Assembly: GCA_002633005.1 (NCBI GenBank)
Contig: NMRA01000044.1
Coordinates: 198,182 to 262,181 of the forward strand
DNA from: Phoronis australis
Lineage: Eukaryota > Animalia > Phoronida
Direction: 5' to 3'
DNA length: 64,000 bases
The position numbers were made by a program, and so were the translations under genes. Under the pieces are notes generated by a model. The model saw only the letters and a list, made by a program, of their open reading frames with translations, did no database searches and was not told where the DNA came from. Each line of letters begins with the position of its first letter. Within the stretch, counting starts at the first letter, position 1. This document shows positions 23,525 through 37,600 of the stretch, piece after piece.

Positions 23525-23815
23525 AAAATCAGCTGAATCACGATGATTCGTGTGTTTTGATTCAGCGATAGAATGGGGTCAGTGCGCAACTGTTCGCGCA
23601 TGTTGTTTACAGACACAAGCACGTGTTGAACAACGTGATTGGTCAAATAATGATCACGGGCCAGACATTGTTTACAAACACACCAGCATGTATCGAACGA
23701 CGTGATTGGCCAGGCTACGATTACTAACGTTTTATTATGATGTCACGTCACCATACAGTGCTGTATGATTGAATTTTTGTCATCTTCACATGCGCATGAC
23801 ATCACAGGATCATAG
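23525..23815 (-). promoter_or_regulatory. Putative SQSTM1 proximal promoter with clustered stress-response motifs
   Basis: Inverted pair of ARE-like TGATTCAGC (23532-23540, 23558-23566); two TTGTTTAC FOXO-type elements (23603, 23668); CACGTG E-box at 23620; two ACGTGATTGG CCAAT-containing motifs; GTCACGTCA CRE/UPRE-like site at about 23742. The region is relatively CpG-rich. Confidence 0.5.
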
Positions 23816-26698
23816 CCGTTTCGAAATTCTCTGTGACGATAAGAGTCTCATCGAATGTTATCGCTATTAATTAAGAATAACTTTGTAAACTGCAACCCTG
23901 TGTGCGTTCTTGCAATAATTTTTCCAAACCTCGGAACACATTTGGCTAGTTCTGACTACCCTTTTGTCGGCAATACGTTTCCAGCAATATTAAAGACATC
24001 TAATTTAATTTATTTCAAAGAAAATGCTGTTGAAAAGGTTCATTTACGAATAAGTTATATTTTCTAAGATTTTCAACTAAAATGAAGAGCTGAGACTACG
24101 ACAGTACAAATTAGGCGACTGGAGGCACGAAAACGTCGTGGAATTTACACTTCGAACACAATACATTACACTCGGTTTTCGAGTATCACTAAGGGCATTA
24201 AGATTTGTTATGGCATTTTTTCAAATTATTTGCTTACACACGTTGCTTTTTGTCTATCAAGTATATTTAAGTCCATGCTGGATAATGCGTTTTTAGAGAA
24301 ATTTCTCTGTTTCGCAAATATATCCGGTAGACGCTCCGTCTATAAAGCTGCCTGTTTGGCTGACTAAAAAGAAACGAATATCGAACAAGGGCTTTCACTC
24401 TCTCATCATGTCAGTCGCATAATATTATTTACCCATGATAGGATACTATTTCCATTTAAAACTGAATTCCAAGACAATCGATACCCGTAACCATCATTTT
24501 CGTCAGTATTCGAAATTTGAAGGAGCTGGCTATGCAGTCCCAGTAAAGTTAACTCTGAAGGTTTTTCTGGAGTCGCTGATTGTTGCGATATTTTTCGTGG
24601 TAAGGGAAATAAAATCCTACCACGGTAAAGAATATGACGAGACACGTCTTCTACTAAGAGTAAAAGCTCTAATTCGATTTCCGTTTTTAGTCACCCAAAC
24701 AGGTAAAATGCAGATTTCCGTTTTACATTAAGCCAGATTGGGTTATCCGTTGCTTGTGTTCTGTCTTATTTGTGATTTGTGAGTGTGTGTGTTTTATTTT
24801 TTGTCAATTAGCAACTTTTTAATTAACCATTAGAGTCAAATTTAAATTAACGAGACAACGTTTTAGAAATTTATAGTTCGCTTTTCAAAGCGTTTCACAT
24901 TGGCGCTGCACACGGCCTAATTCCGGATAGGCGCAGCTTCGTGTGTAGCGGCAGCTACGTGAGACTTACAATATATATTTTTGTTTTCTTAATCACGACG
25001 TAAATGTTTAGACCTAGAAGTTTATCAAAAACATATGTACTAGGCCTAATTTCATCAGGAAACCAAGATTCATTGTTGCAATAAGCCGAAATGTGTAGCC
25101 TAGCATGAGCGCATCCAGCCTAAAAATACTGGGGGGCTCGAATTTTTGACAATGTGGACTTTTTACCAAAATTCACAGAGTACGTTCAGAGCTATAAATT
25201 TTACATTCGCCGAATATTGATAGTTCCTGCCTTTTTAGTTCGAGCGCGCATGCCTAGAGACTAGTTGGTTGCGGCTCTCAATGAGAACAAAGCTGTGAAT
25301 GGTACTAATCACGGCCGTAATTTTTTTTTTTCAGGTGTAAGGGTTAAACCGTGGTAACCGACATAGGCGTGAGGCCGGGGACAATAGAGAAAAGAAAGAC
25401 TTGGAAATATGTATAAGAGAGAAAATTCTAAAAGTAGATTTAACAACAGCGCATAGTTTACCTTTCGAGGACCCTGGTCAGGACATTGTTAGGGTCTCCA
25501 CTTTTGCAGAACAGGTAGTCTGAACGCATTTGAAAATGTTCAAGTAATCATTCATACTCGTACATATGTTTCGAAGCGAAGCTCTCGCGGAGCGTACTAA
25601 TTTATTGAATTTTTAAATTCAAAAAGTCAGTTTTGCGAATGCAAAACTATATTTTTCCAGAGGCCCCTCTCTGGCAAGGGATAACGGAGACAACATTCGC
25701 TTTATTTTTTCGTCGAAACTGTACATCACTGGAGAAAAATTGATAACCTGACAGATAACACCAATTGCTACGCATTTCCTGATTTTCAAAAAAATATAGA
25801 TATTTTAATATTTAGGGGCCCTGTCATTGAAAGAGGGCATTGATAATATTGAAGTGGCCACCCTTTTTGTGTTTTAATTGACAAATTCTAAAGGGGCCGC
25901 ACACGGAGAGAGCGCCTAATGTTGGAATCAATTACCTCCATTTTGTTGTTTTTTGTGAAATCGTGCAACCGGCTTTCATGTTGAAGGTCACTTCCTGCGT
26001 CGTTTTGTGTCAGCACGACGGTGGAATGAACTGTCACTCGTTTTCTAAACTTGGTAATGTTTATACCTTCATTTTAAAGTGTCCCATTTCAGACGGGACT
26101 CTCTCTCGGTAAAGCAGTTCGTGGGAATTGCCCCTTTGTCCATTTATACATGTACATGTAAATTCGACACTGACAAGTATTCACGAGGGAATTTGAGATT
26201 CCAAATTCATCACAAAATACAAAACATTCGTGCCCAACACAGCAGTATCTACATTCGACCCAAACAACCAAAAATGTGAACAAAATACAATAGGATTGAC
26301 CGCCATCGAAAGGGTGGAAGTTTGAAGAAAGGGAGTGAAGACCACTATTTGTGAATTAAATAAAAGGACTATTTCCGATGGTAAGTTATAAAATAATGTT
26401 ACTGTTTCCCGTAGTATCACAAGAATGGTATCTCTTTTGAAAATGGTTACTATGTGCGAACCCAGCCTAAGATATAGGGGGGTCGAATTTTTGAGACTGT
26501 GGACCTTTTACTGATAAAACGGGGACTAAGAAAAAAAAAACGGAGTACTACGATCAGAGCTATGAATTAAGCATTCCCGCCGAATTTCTGCCTTTTTAGT
26601 AGACTTTTGTCTCATTTTTCTCGGACTTTTTGTTTCTCTGAGGCGGACCTTTTTGCCCACTTTGCCAAATGGGGGGAGGGGCTCAAACGAAGCCCCCG

Positions 26699-26723
26699 NN
26701 NNNNNNNNNNNNNNNNNNNNNNN
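26699..26723. other. Assembly gap (N run) within a G/C homopolymer-rich repeat end
   Basis: 25 N bases flanked by poly-C/poly-G tracts. Confidence 0.95.
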
Positions 26724-28624
26724 CCCCCCCCCCCGTGCATGGTTACTATGATTTGTTTGTAAGGAATTTCCACACATGGAAAACACTGCTGTCTGTGCTA
26801 CTATTTCTGATGACCGCGTACTATGTTGAATGGGGGCACTTAAAGAACTCTCGCAATCATAAAGAGTGGTATCAGCGTTTTTTGTCAGTGGAGTTCAAAT
26901 TTACCTCGTGAACTGTTATAGGTAGATGTACCTCTGAAATGAGAAAAATACACCTTAATACGAATGCCCCCATCTCCCGTGTTCCCCCGGTTACGCGTCA
27001 AAAATCTGCGAGCATCCCTCCATGCGGACATTGCTTATAACATTTCGTTTCGATAAACAAATTTGTTGGTTTCTATTGTACCTCTTTGTGTTTGTACGAA
27101 AATCGATACATTCATAGATGATTTTTGACAACTAAAAACTATTCTTCTAAGAAAGGATGATATTTTAGTGAACATTATATTGCAGCCTGAGGTTGGAAAT
27201 TTCTGTAATCCGTTCCCCAAATAGTAAAGGTATACTTAGAAGATCCACGTTAACTGAACTTCAGGCATTGAGATGAGTACATTTTTGGGAAATACTCTGT
27301 ATAATTTTCCCCAACTACCAGAAACTTGACTGCCGGTCGTGTTTCAACTATAGATTTTGAAACAGCCCCGAAGGCACTAAACCAGGATCCCGGTACCTCA
27401 CTTTTTCAAAAAAAAAACTCCTTCAAAGAAGGAACATGTCAAAATAAAGTTTTCCCGACACTGGATCACTCTAAAACGAATCTTAACCTTAGCGCCAGTC
27501 AGTGCACTGGACGGCCGGCACGAGCGGCCCTGCGCGGTTACTCAACTATTGATGGATGCATGTCCGGGAAGTTGTTCCCCACCTTGGGCAGACGTGTGCA
27601 AGTCGGTACGAATATGGTGGCATCATGATCGGGAGCACCGGGGTGGAGGACTAGAGCTGATGGCGATGGGGGGAGGGGGGTACTTGGCGATCCTGCTCAT
27701 GGCCTGTCTACTTCCGTTATGTCCGATACGCTTCAGCGAAAATAGGTCTTCTCCTAATAACAACAATAAAAACAATAAAACCGTTTCTTTGCCGGACTGA
27801 ATTAACGAACCGTGGGTTCGTGTTATGGAATGAGGCCACTGAGACGATGTTTCAGTACTCCAAACTAATTTCTGGTCAAACCGGCTGCCCGGCTCCGAGC
27901 TTCCTCACTCGAACTCATTGAAGATATATTGGAAATATCCGCCAAGTGGAGACGCCGTTCGTGAAAAGGGGTGTTGGTAGTTGAAGTTTTGGAATGCACT
28001 GGCCCGTGAAGAAAGGTGGGGCACAATATGGTTGAACCACTCATTTTGTGACTACTCGATCCCGGCGCATTACATTTTCGAGCTTGAATAGTCTTGACAA
28101 CATACGCTTAAGTGTATCATAATATGGTACCGTACTCAGTTCATGAGCTTTTAAAATCAGATATTTTGTTTGAAACCACATGCGCCTGTTCTAAATTCGG
28201 GCATAGGCGCGGATTCACATTTAGGCGAATAGGCCTACTGGGGTCCGATCGCCGGCGCCGGGCAAAGTGTGACGCACATTGATGAAAAGCTCCAACTTCG
28301 TGCACGTTGCGAGGTGGCGCTGTTGCTGAGGGTACAAATTTTCCTTCCTGAGTTGTCCACTAGAGGGGGCTTACATAAAATTATTTTCTTAGCATTTTGC
28401 GTAGAATCTCTTGCAAATATAAGTTGTAAAAGAGCGAAATTTGATTTCTTACATTTTTTTGTGTTACTGTACCTTGAAACCAAGTGTAATACTCCACACA
28501 AATATATTAATTATTTTTTAACATGGACCTGAATCGCTTATTTATGATTCCTACGTCAAATCATCCGATCTTACCATACAATCTGATTGGTCAGTTTCTC
28601 GTGGTCCAATCTCATCAGTTTACG

Positions 28625-31600
28625 ATGGCAGATCAAGCGGGGTGGACGTTTTCGTCCTCCGACCCTTTACCTGACTTCGCTGCAGGTTCAGCTCCAACGG
28701 ATTTTGACAGTATGGGAACACTTGGTGATATTGATGGTAAGGATGCTAAAATCTGATTTATTCGATCTATTGGTGCTGGTAAACTTGAAAAGTGGCAGGT
28801 GTAATGTCTTGCGTAAACCGCACGGGTGCACGGCTCCAGCTGCTTCCACTGTTTGTTTTGAACATTCTTGTTTTTTCTGTTAGTTGTGAGCAAAAAATAC
28901 TACAAATTCATAGCTGGAAACGGTACCTAAATTCTCTTCTAACTGCACATTCGTGCACTCTAGAAGCGATCTTTTGGTGGTTTTATTATTTTGAAAGTGA
29001 AATGTTCATATATTTCCAGACATGCTGTTCTCTCAGTATCTCCTTCCCGAGTCAACTGCAGCAGATCCCCTGTTCAGCACAGACGACGCATCTTCAATTA
29101 AACAGGAACAAGACTTGCTAAATAACAGTGACTTAAATTTGGATGATTTACTCAACTATGCCGGTGCTAATGTTGATTTAAGTGACAACAAGAACACTCT
29201 GCCGGACCTGTTGTCAGTTCCGCCGCCTCCGGTTCAGCCTAAACCAACGATACAAGTGAACATAACTCCACAGCCCAACAATGCGGCACAACAGACTAAG
29301 CTGCTATTACAGCAATTGCTGCAACAACAACAGCAGCAGGCTCAAATACAGCCACAGATTCAGTTGGTTACCACCCCTCAGCCTCAGACTGTTGCAAGTC
29401 AGCTGAGTGTACAACAACTCCAACAGGTTGGTCTGCACTATTTGGATGTTTAATGATGACGTGACATGGCAGTAGATGACGCAGTTTGGACCCGTAAATA
29501 AGAATAGAAATGCCGTCACGCTGGGTCCAAATTGTCACAAATGATGTCGCACTAAACATTCCAATATTGGATAGTGTAGGTTTATTAAATTGGGTGTAAT
29601 AAATCACCAAACATTTTCCGGGCCAAAATTGTGGTTGGAAATGGTCCCCCTCTTGTGGCATCCTAGGCTTGCAATTCAGATACTTTGTTAGGTAGCTAGT
29701 GTATGATATACTATAAGCTCTCTAAAGAATCTTGTACTGATATCTGCAGTTGCATTGGTCAATGTCCCTAAATACATTTATCTAATGTTGTGTTGAACAC
29801 AAATTAACGTTTTGAAAATGATGTTTTAGTAAATTACTTGTGATTGAATTGCGGATAACATTGAGTTTAACGTTCCTGCTGCTGTGCTGTGCTCTATTTG
29901 TAAAAGCTCCATATGTGTTCAATTAGTTTTCATACACTGGTGATTCAACATTATTATTCAAAGCTTGTTCAGAAAGTTTGCCAGCATGTTTAATGTTTTG
30001 TGTTATAGTCAGTAAGGCATTTAATAATGAAACGTTACTTTTCCAGCTGTTACAGAACCAGTTAAACAAAGTTACGACGACAACACCTGCCAACATTGTC
30101 CTAGCCACAACATCGTCACCCAGCATCGCGGCGGCCCCATCACCCATCCAGACTGTGGTTACCAGTGGTAACAGTGTCATTACCACCAGTATACCTGTGC
30201 AGGTGGTGGATGCCAATAAACTGCCGATCACAAGGATCTCTACTAGCTGTGATGGCAAGCAGTTTCCCAAAGGTGAAAAGCGGACGACACACAATGCCAT
30301 TGAGAAGCGTTATCGCCTGAGCATCAATGACAAGATTGTGGAGTTGAAAGACCTGATAGTTGGAACAGAAGCCAAGGTTGGTGGAAAACTATTTTAGTGA
30401 TCTTTGCTATGAGCAAGTAAAAGGTTTGGTAACTGTTGTTATAATGATAAGCTGAAATGAACACAGGTAAATGAAAGGTGACATTTTCTTTATTAAATGT
30501 CAGTGTTGTACTAAATACAAATAAGTCTGAATGCATGAATGTGGTTTTTCTATTTTTTATTGTCTGTTGTTTTCAGTTGAACAAGTCAGCGGTGTTGCGT
30601 AAAGCAATAGAGTATATAAGATACCTGCAAGCGACAAACCAGAAACTGAAGCAGGAGAACAACGCATTGAAACTTGCCTTCCGCAGCAAGACTGGTATGT
30701 CTAATAAGCCAGCTGTTTTTCTATCCTGTTTGATTAAATCAGAATATCTTCAGTTTCACACGTTGTATTTGGTGGTTTGGCTAAAACTTGACAAAATAAG
30801 TAAGGACGCTACTTTTGCATAACTAGAGCACACAGTGACATCAAATCAAAGGAGTTACGATGTGTGTCATCTTTCAGGTGAAGAGATTGGTGGGTTTACT
30901 GACATCAAGGAGGAGCCAATGACTCCGCCCCACTCTGACACCAGCTCCATCGGCAGTCCTGCCAGCAGCGACAACAGCAACCCGCCCAGTCCCGTCTTCA
31001 ACGACGTAGTCAACGACAGGACGGTAAAGGTTCAGGGCATGATGGACAGGTCGCGATTTGCCCTTTGCATTTTCATGTTCGCTATTCTCGCGTTCAACCC
31101 GTTCAGCTCTCTTGTGGGTAGCCTGGACACTGGATTGAACAGCGGCGGTGACTATGCACGTGGCCATACAGGGAGCAGGGCGTTACAGGAGGCTGATGAG
31201 GGTGAGTTATTAACTTTAAAAGAATACATTAAAAACTTAAAATGAAGTTGAAGTGGATTGAAGATAAGTCACTGAGTTCCCTTGCATATATATATTTGTG
31301 CCACGAAGAACTTAATTGTTTTGTATTGCATGGCATTGTATTGCACTCATGTTTCAGTGGATGGAGGCTGGTGGCAATCGATCATTCCAACCATGCTGCT
31401 ATGGATGGTTAACATAGTTATTGTTACGTTGGTCTTGGCTCGTATAATGATCTTCGGTGAACCCGTCAATGCGCCACTGTCTGAAGCCTCGACTCTGTTC
31501 TGGCGACACAGGACACAGGCAGACAAGGACTTGCTTCAGGTGAGGGCATGATTAGTTATTGCATTTAATTGGGTAGTTACTTTCATTAGTTCTTTTCATA

Positions 31601-34600
31601 TAGAAGCTACAGCAAATACTATTGGGCTTGACTAGTTAGTAAATTTCATGCTCGGAGTACTGATATTTAGTTGGAGTTTTTTTTTGTTTTTTTTTTTAAC
31701 TGCAATGTAGATAAGCTTGATTTTTCATGGTAACAAAACAGTTGGAATTCATGTAATCTGACATCTTACACGGAGTTTGGTTTCTAATGGAACTAACATG
31801 TTTCAGTAGTTGATGCCGCGATTCTAACATTTTTGTTTTTTTGATTACCAAAAATTGTAAAATAAGTCGTGTAATTGCATGATACTGGTCACAAATCAAT
31901 TAATGATTGGTTTGCAGCCAAGATGTTGAAAGTAGTACTTTCTGAAGGTGTTGGAATACATTAAACATGGCGTGCTGCACGTTATCAGTAAAACAGAACT
32001 GTGGCCTAATTCATTTTTATGCGCCCACATATTTATATGTGGACGCATTATGCCGTCATTTCCGTCCGGGCGGCGTCCGCTGCTCTATCCCCAAAACCCT
32101 TTGACATACGTTCATGAAATTTGGCACATATGTTCCATTCATGAATGGGACGGCACGTGCGAAATTTTGGACGGATCCGACTACCGGTGTGCCCCCTAGT
32201 GGCAATTTTAGTTTTTTACGCTTACCTTTGTATCTTCAAAAGTCCTGAACGGATTTTCGCGAAATTTGGTATGTAGGCACCTATTAGTGAGATGACGCTA
32301 TCCTCCCATTTTCAGATGGATTCGACATAGTTTGCGCCACCTAGTGGCCATTTTTACTGTTTTCGAGTCTGTATTTTTGCGTCCACCCCTCTATCAACCA
32401 AACCGCTCAAAGGATGATTGTGAAAATTGGCATGTTTATGCTTACTATGTAGAGGACGGTTGACGATGATTTTCCAACGATTTCGACTACTGTGGCGGCG
32501 CCTAGTAGCAGTTTTTTTGTGCCTATGGCTGTATCTCCTAAACCGTTCCAGGATCTTTACGAAATTTAATGAGTGTATTTATATGATGTTAACAACAGAC
32601 GATGACGACTTTTGGACGGATCCGACTACCAGTGTGCCCCCTAGTGGCAATTTTATTTTTTTTACGTTTAACTTTGTATCTTCAAAAGTCCTTAACGGAT
32701 TTTCATGAAATTTGGTATGTAGGCACCTATTAGTGCGATGATGCTATCCTCTCGTTTTCGGATGGATTCGACCTAGTTTGCGACACGCAGTAGCCATTTT
32801 TACTGTTTTTTAGTCTGGTTTTTGGCGTCCACCCCTCTATCAACCAAACCGCTCTAGGTATGATTGTGAAAATGGGCATGTATGTTCTTACTGTGAAGAG
32901 GACGGTTGACGCTGAATTTCCCATGACTTTGATTACTGTGGCGCCTCCTATTGGCAGTTTTTTTTTTGCGACCATGGCTGTATCTCCCAAACCGTTTGCA
33001 GGATCTTTACTAAATTTATGGTGGTAAATTTGTTTTTAATTCTATGTTTTTGTGGTGCTTTAAGCAACTGATGTATAGGATGTACTTGTATTATGGAGAT
33101 CACTCACATTTTGCCCCTAGCCTATTGAGGAGACAATGACCATGCCAAAGTACAACATACTACATATATGCCCTCAACTGGCCACTTTATGGTACCAATA
33201 AACAACCCTAGAAGTATACCGTATACGGTGCAATTGTGGGCGCATTTCAACGCTCTGCGTTGCTCTTGTTAAAAGTTATTAGATTGGAAGTGAGTTTTAA
33301 ATTATTGATAACTTTGAGTTATGAAAACAGAACTTTGCGTTAACAGATTTCTGTTTTGGAAAACTGAAAATCGCAGTCTATAAGCATGGTATGAGGCTGA
33401 CTAGTCATTTCTCAACCTTACTTTTCCATTTGCAGGGGAATCATGCTTCAGCAGCCTCTCAGCTGAAGCAAGCCCTACAAGCATTGGGACGCCCTTTGCC
33501 TACGACCCGATTTGATCTGATTGCCAGCTTGACGTGGAACTGTCTGCGCCAGTTGCTGCACCGCGTGCACATCGGCCGTTGGATGTCTGTGCGTGCCGGA
33601 GGCTTGCAGGAGGCCGACGTTAAAAAGTCAGCACGCAAAGCAGCTCTAACCTACCACAAACTGCACCAGCTCCACCTAACTGGTCACTTCAGTGCCACCC
33701 ACTGGCAGGGTCTCAACCTCGCCATTTGCTCTGTGAATCTGGCTGAGGCAGCAGGTGATGTACTTTCGCGTGAGATGAAGGCTGAGATTTATGCTACTGT
33801 GGCGATTGACTTGAAGCTGGTCTTTGGTGGGAAACTCGATTTCTTGGCGGTAAGTTATTTCATATTGCGTTTTGACTATAGAAGTAAAATAATGAATTAC
33901 TACAGTTAGGTTGTGGTTGAAAAGAACTTAATAGTTATTGTAATAATGGTATGGTATGGTTTTGTATTGTATTTCATAATATATTTCTGCTTGTCTTTAG
34001 AGGATGTTCTTGAGCCGTGCTCGTCGTGTCTGCTTGAAAGATGGCGCTGACGCCCCTGCCACTATGTCTTGGCTGTGTGAACCATCAGGCCATCGCTTTT
34101 TCTTGGACGGCTCCTGGAAATGCGTTAAGAAGGACAGCATCTACACATCTGTCAGGGACCCCACTGATCCACTGGCCATTGTGAAGCAAGCATTCCGTGA
34201 ACACCTCTTAGAGAAGGCACTGTATGCGCTCGTTACACCTGGATATATCAGCGAGTCCGTTGTCGGTGGCGATCGAGCAAATGATGGGTAAGTAATGTGA
34301 ATTCAGTTGTGAACATGATAAACTTCTTTGGTCTTGAGTAAATTACAGTCAAAACATTCCTAGTTTTAGTAATGAATTCTGTTTCACGAAAACATGCATC
34401 CATCCTTGTGCTTGAAGAGCATTACCTGACAATTCAATATACAACATTTGTCTCACTTTGTCATTTAACTGTGATATCACTTTGTTTGACCTCAAAGTGC
34501 ATGTTGCAACTGATTTAAACAACACTCCGTCATTAAAGGTTTCTTTTCTCGTTTTTGTCCAGGATGTACATGTAAATCTTTCTGTTGCTGTGATGTAAGT

Positions 34601-37600
34601 GTGGTACAAATTCTGTCTTTATCTTGCAGCGAGCCACTGACCACAGATGTACATCATTACACGCAACTGTTGAACTCTTGCTCGGTGTCTACAGACGATG
34701 TTTCCCGTTGGTGGTCTGCAGTGATCGAAGTCGGAGCCTTCTGGTTGGCTGGTGACTACGAGGCTGCACACAAATTGAGTCAGATCATTGAAAACCCTCC
34801 CGCACAGATAGTTGAGTCAGAGTGAGTATTAATTGAGTAACTCCAGTAAATCTGAACTGAGACATGTTGCTGAGGTGGAAACCCTTATCGCCCTGAGTTT
34901 TCCCAGACTGTGGTGAATACATGCGTGCACCCATTTGTTGGAGTGGGCAAAAAGGTCCGCCCCAGAGAAACAAAAAGTCCCAGTCCACTAAAAAGACGCA
35001 GACACACGGTCCTGAAGGTGGTACCCCTGTTTTTTTTTTTAGTCCTCCCAATGTTATGTCAGAAATTCGATGCCTATTGAAAAGAGAAGGAATGTATTTC
35101 TTTACTGAAATTTTTGTGTTCTCTCTTTCAGTACCCTATTGTCCCAGTGTGTCTTGTTGGCGTACAAAGCCCGCAAGAACTTCCTGCTCAACGATAAAGA
35201 TATCTGTAATTACGCCTGCCTGAAGGAGTGCAATGTGGCCGGTCAGCTTTTACAGAACTCTCTCTCAATCACGTCACACTACAGGCCTAACAAGACAGCC
35301 ATGGTAAGTCTTGTCTAGTGAAACTTTCCTCTTCCATCTCTTGTGTGGTGCTCCACTGTGGTTGATTGTGTGTTGTGGGTGTTCCTGTTTATCTAATACA
35401 AACTTGATTGTCCCAATGTGATGGTCAGTTCATCTGGTTTGTCAGTTTGGTATCTTCCTGTGGTCATTAAAGCGTGATGTCATCTGGCAATACCTCACTG
35501 CTGGTAATCTAACCGCATACCCATTATACCGAACTTCGTTTGACTTGGCATTGGGTTTCTTTGCTCACTTTCGGTGGTCATTGAAGCCTCAAATCGTCCG
35601 ACGATACCTCTTGGTTGGTAATCTGTGCTCTTGTTATCCACTATGTGGGAAGGCAGTGTGTCCTAGTTGGTCGAGTGTCTGTCTCCTATTGTCAAGGTCG
35701 TGGGTTCGTATCTGCCACATCCTTGAGCCAGGTCTTTGAGTCATCAGTTCAGTTTTTGTTTGAGTGTATGTGTTGTATTTGTTAATAAACGGGGTAAAAA
35801 GGGCTTTGGGTGTTTTGTTTAATGGGCCCTGGTTGAAGAGTCCCGTCACCTCTGATACATTGTATGTCGGGACCACCTGCACTTTTTTTTGTACTATGTC
35901 TTACTTTTGACTTGACACCACTCCACCTAGCCGCAGTGCCTCAAGGCCCACTGGTGCTGGTGCATTGTAGTTGCATTGCACGGGTTGTAAGCCTGCGATG
36001 CATCTGCAGTGCAATCAATACCTTGGGTGTAATCTTCACGAGTCTGCGCAACGCTTTATTTTGTACTATTCATTTTCTTTTTGTGCTCATCCTCGGGTAT
36101 CCCCAGACCCGGATTGGGGGAGTCTTGTGCCTGTCGTGTATTTTTGTCTGTTGACATTAGTCGCAGTAAGCTGCAAGTTGAAGTTATGACATCTGTTCAC
36201 ATGTGACATTGAGAATTTACTAACTTCAAGTAACTGTTTTTATCGAAATTTATCATCATCTAAAACTCGTTGTATCGAAATGTACCTCAGAAACCACTTT
36301 TGTGATTATGAATTTCATAATAGTTGACTTTTCAAGCTAGGGTAAACAAGCAAGACTTGTCTATTAATGAAACATGGTTTTTTGCAGGCGGTTCAGTTGC
36401 TGATCAGTGATTGGCTGTTGTCAACAAGGACAGGGCTATGGCAGAAAGAGTGTGATGAGTCACCCGGAGGTCAGCAGATCATGACATGCAGCGAGGAGTT
36501 GGCCTCCTTCCAACAAGACTTGGCCAGTCTGAGAAAACTGTCACAGAACTTCAAAGCAGCCTTACCCAGGGTGAGTCAAGTACTGATAGTGAAATCATCT
36601 CTGGGCGCGATTTTCGAAAGCAGGGTTATTTTCATTGGGCAGAAATTCAGGTCAAGTTGTTTGTAAGTTGTCTGTAAAATGAATTCGGAAAAAATTGACG
36701 GGTATAACAAAAGTGATGAACATATTCGAAAGTTTATTCTGTACTGTGTGAGTTGGTGTGTTAAGGCTTGGAACTAGTGCAGGAAGCACCTGAAATTTAA
36801 AACTCATTGCACTGGTTTCAAACTCGACAAAAGTAAGCCAAGCTCATGAGAGCGGAATTCAACCTCATTACTGCAACGAATCAAAACAGGTTGTAGGGAA
36901 CACTAGACTTAGTATGGAGTAATGTGAAACTGACTCAGTACTGTAAATTAAGGAACATCTTCAATTTTAGTTGGAATTCGGAAGTTAAAAGTTAATGGTC
37001 AACTTCCCTAGTTTCAAATGACACTATTAACCACTTTTTCCCACAGGTTTTTTTACATGAAGCCACTTCAAGACTGATGGCTGGGGCTAGTCCTGCCCGA
37101 ACACAACAGTTATTGAACAAGAGTGTGCGGCGGAGGGCAATCCACTTTACTTCTTATGAAAAAGGTAAGAGCAGTGTTAGTCCGTTGAGTTTTTTACATG
37201 AAGTAAAGATTGGTCGCGCGTGCGGTGGAGGCGATCAGTGCAAACATAGTTTAGCAGAACACAAGTACTAACCAGAGTACGGCCGATGAGATTTGGATTT
37301 AGTTGTCGGGTTGCTTTCAAAACTCGGATGCTTTTCTGTGAACAGTATTTTAAAACTGCCCTGTATCTATGTAATATATGCCTTTCTCAACTGAGATTAG
37401 TACATTGTTCATGGAATGTAGCTACATAAAGCTACTGAACGATAGGCTATTCTCTGCCTGTGAATGGATTAATTGAAAACGATAAAAACCCCATGTCAGA
37501 AATCAGGAAGTTGTTAAACTTGAAAATTATGCCAATAGCTGGCTTCAGGGTAGAAAATTTTTGATCAAGCTTCTCCATGACATTCGAACCAAACATTCTC

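Noticed and set aside
35652-35960. SINE Pol III promoter driving independent miR-33 transcription
   Set aside because: The A/B boxes are degenerate and T-runs (e.g. ~35753, ~35883) would terminate Pol III before the hairpin.
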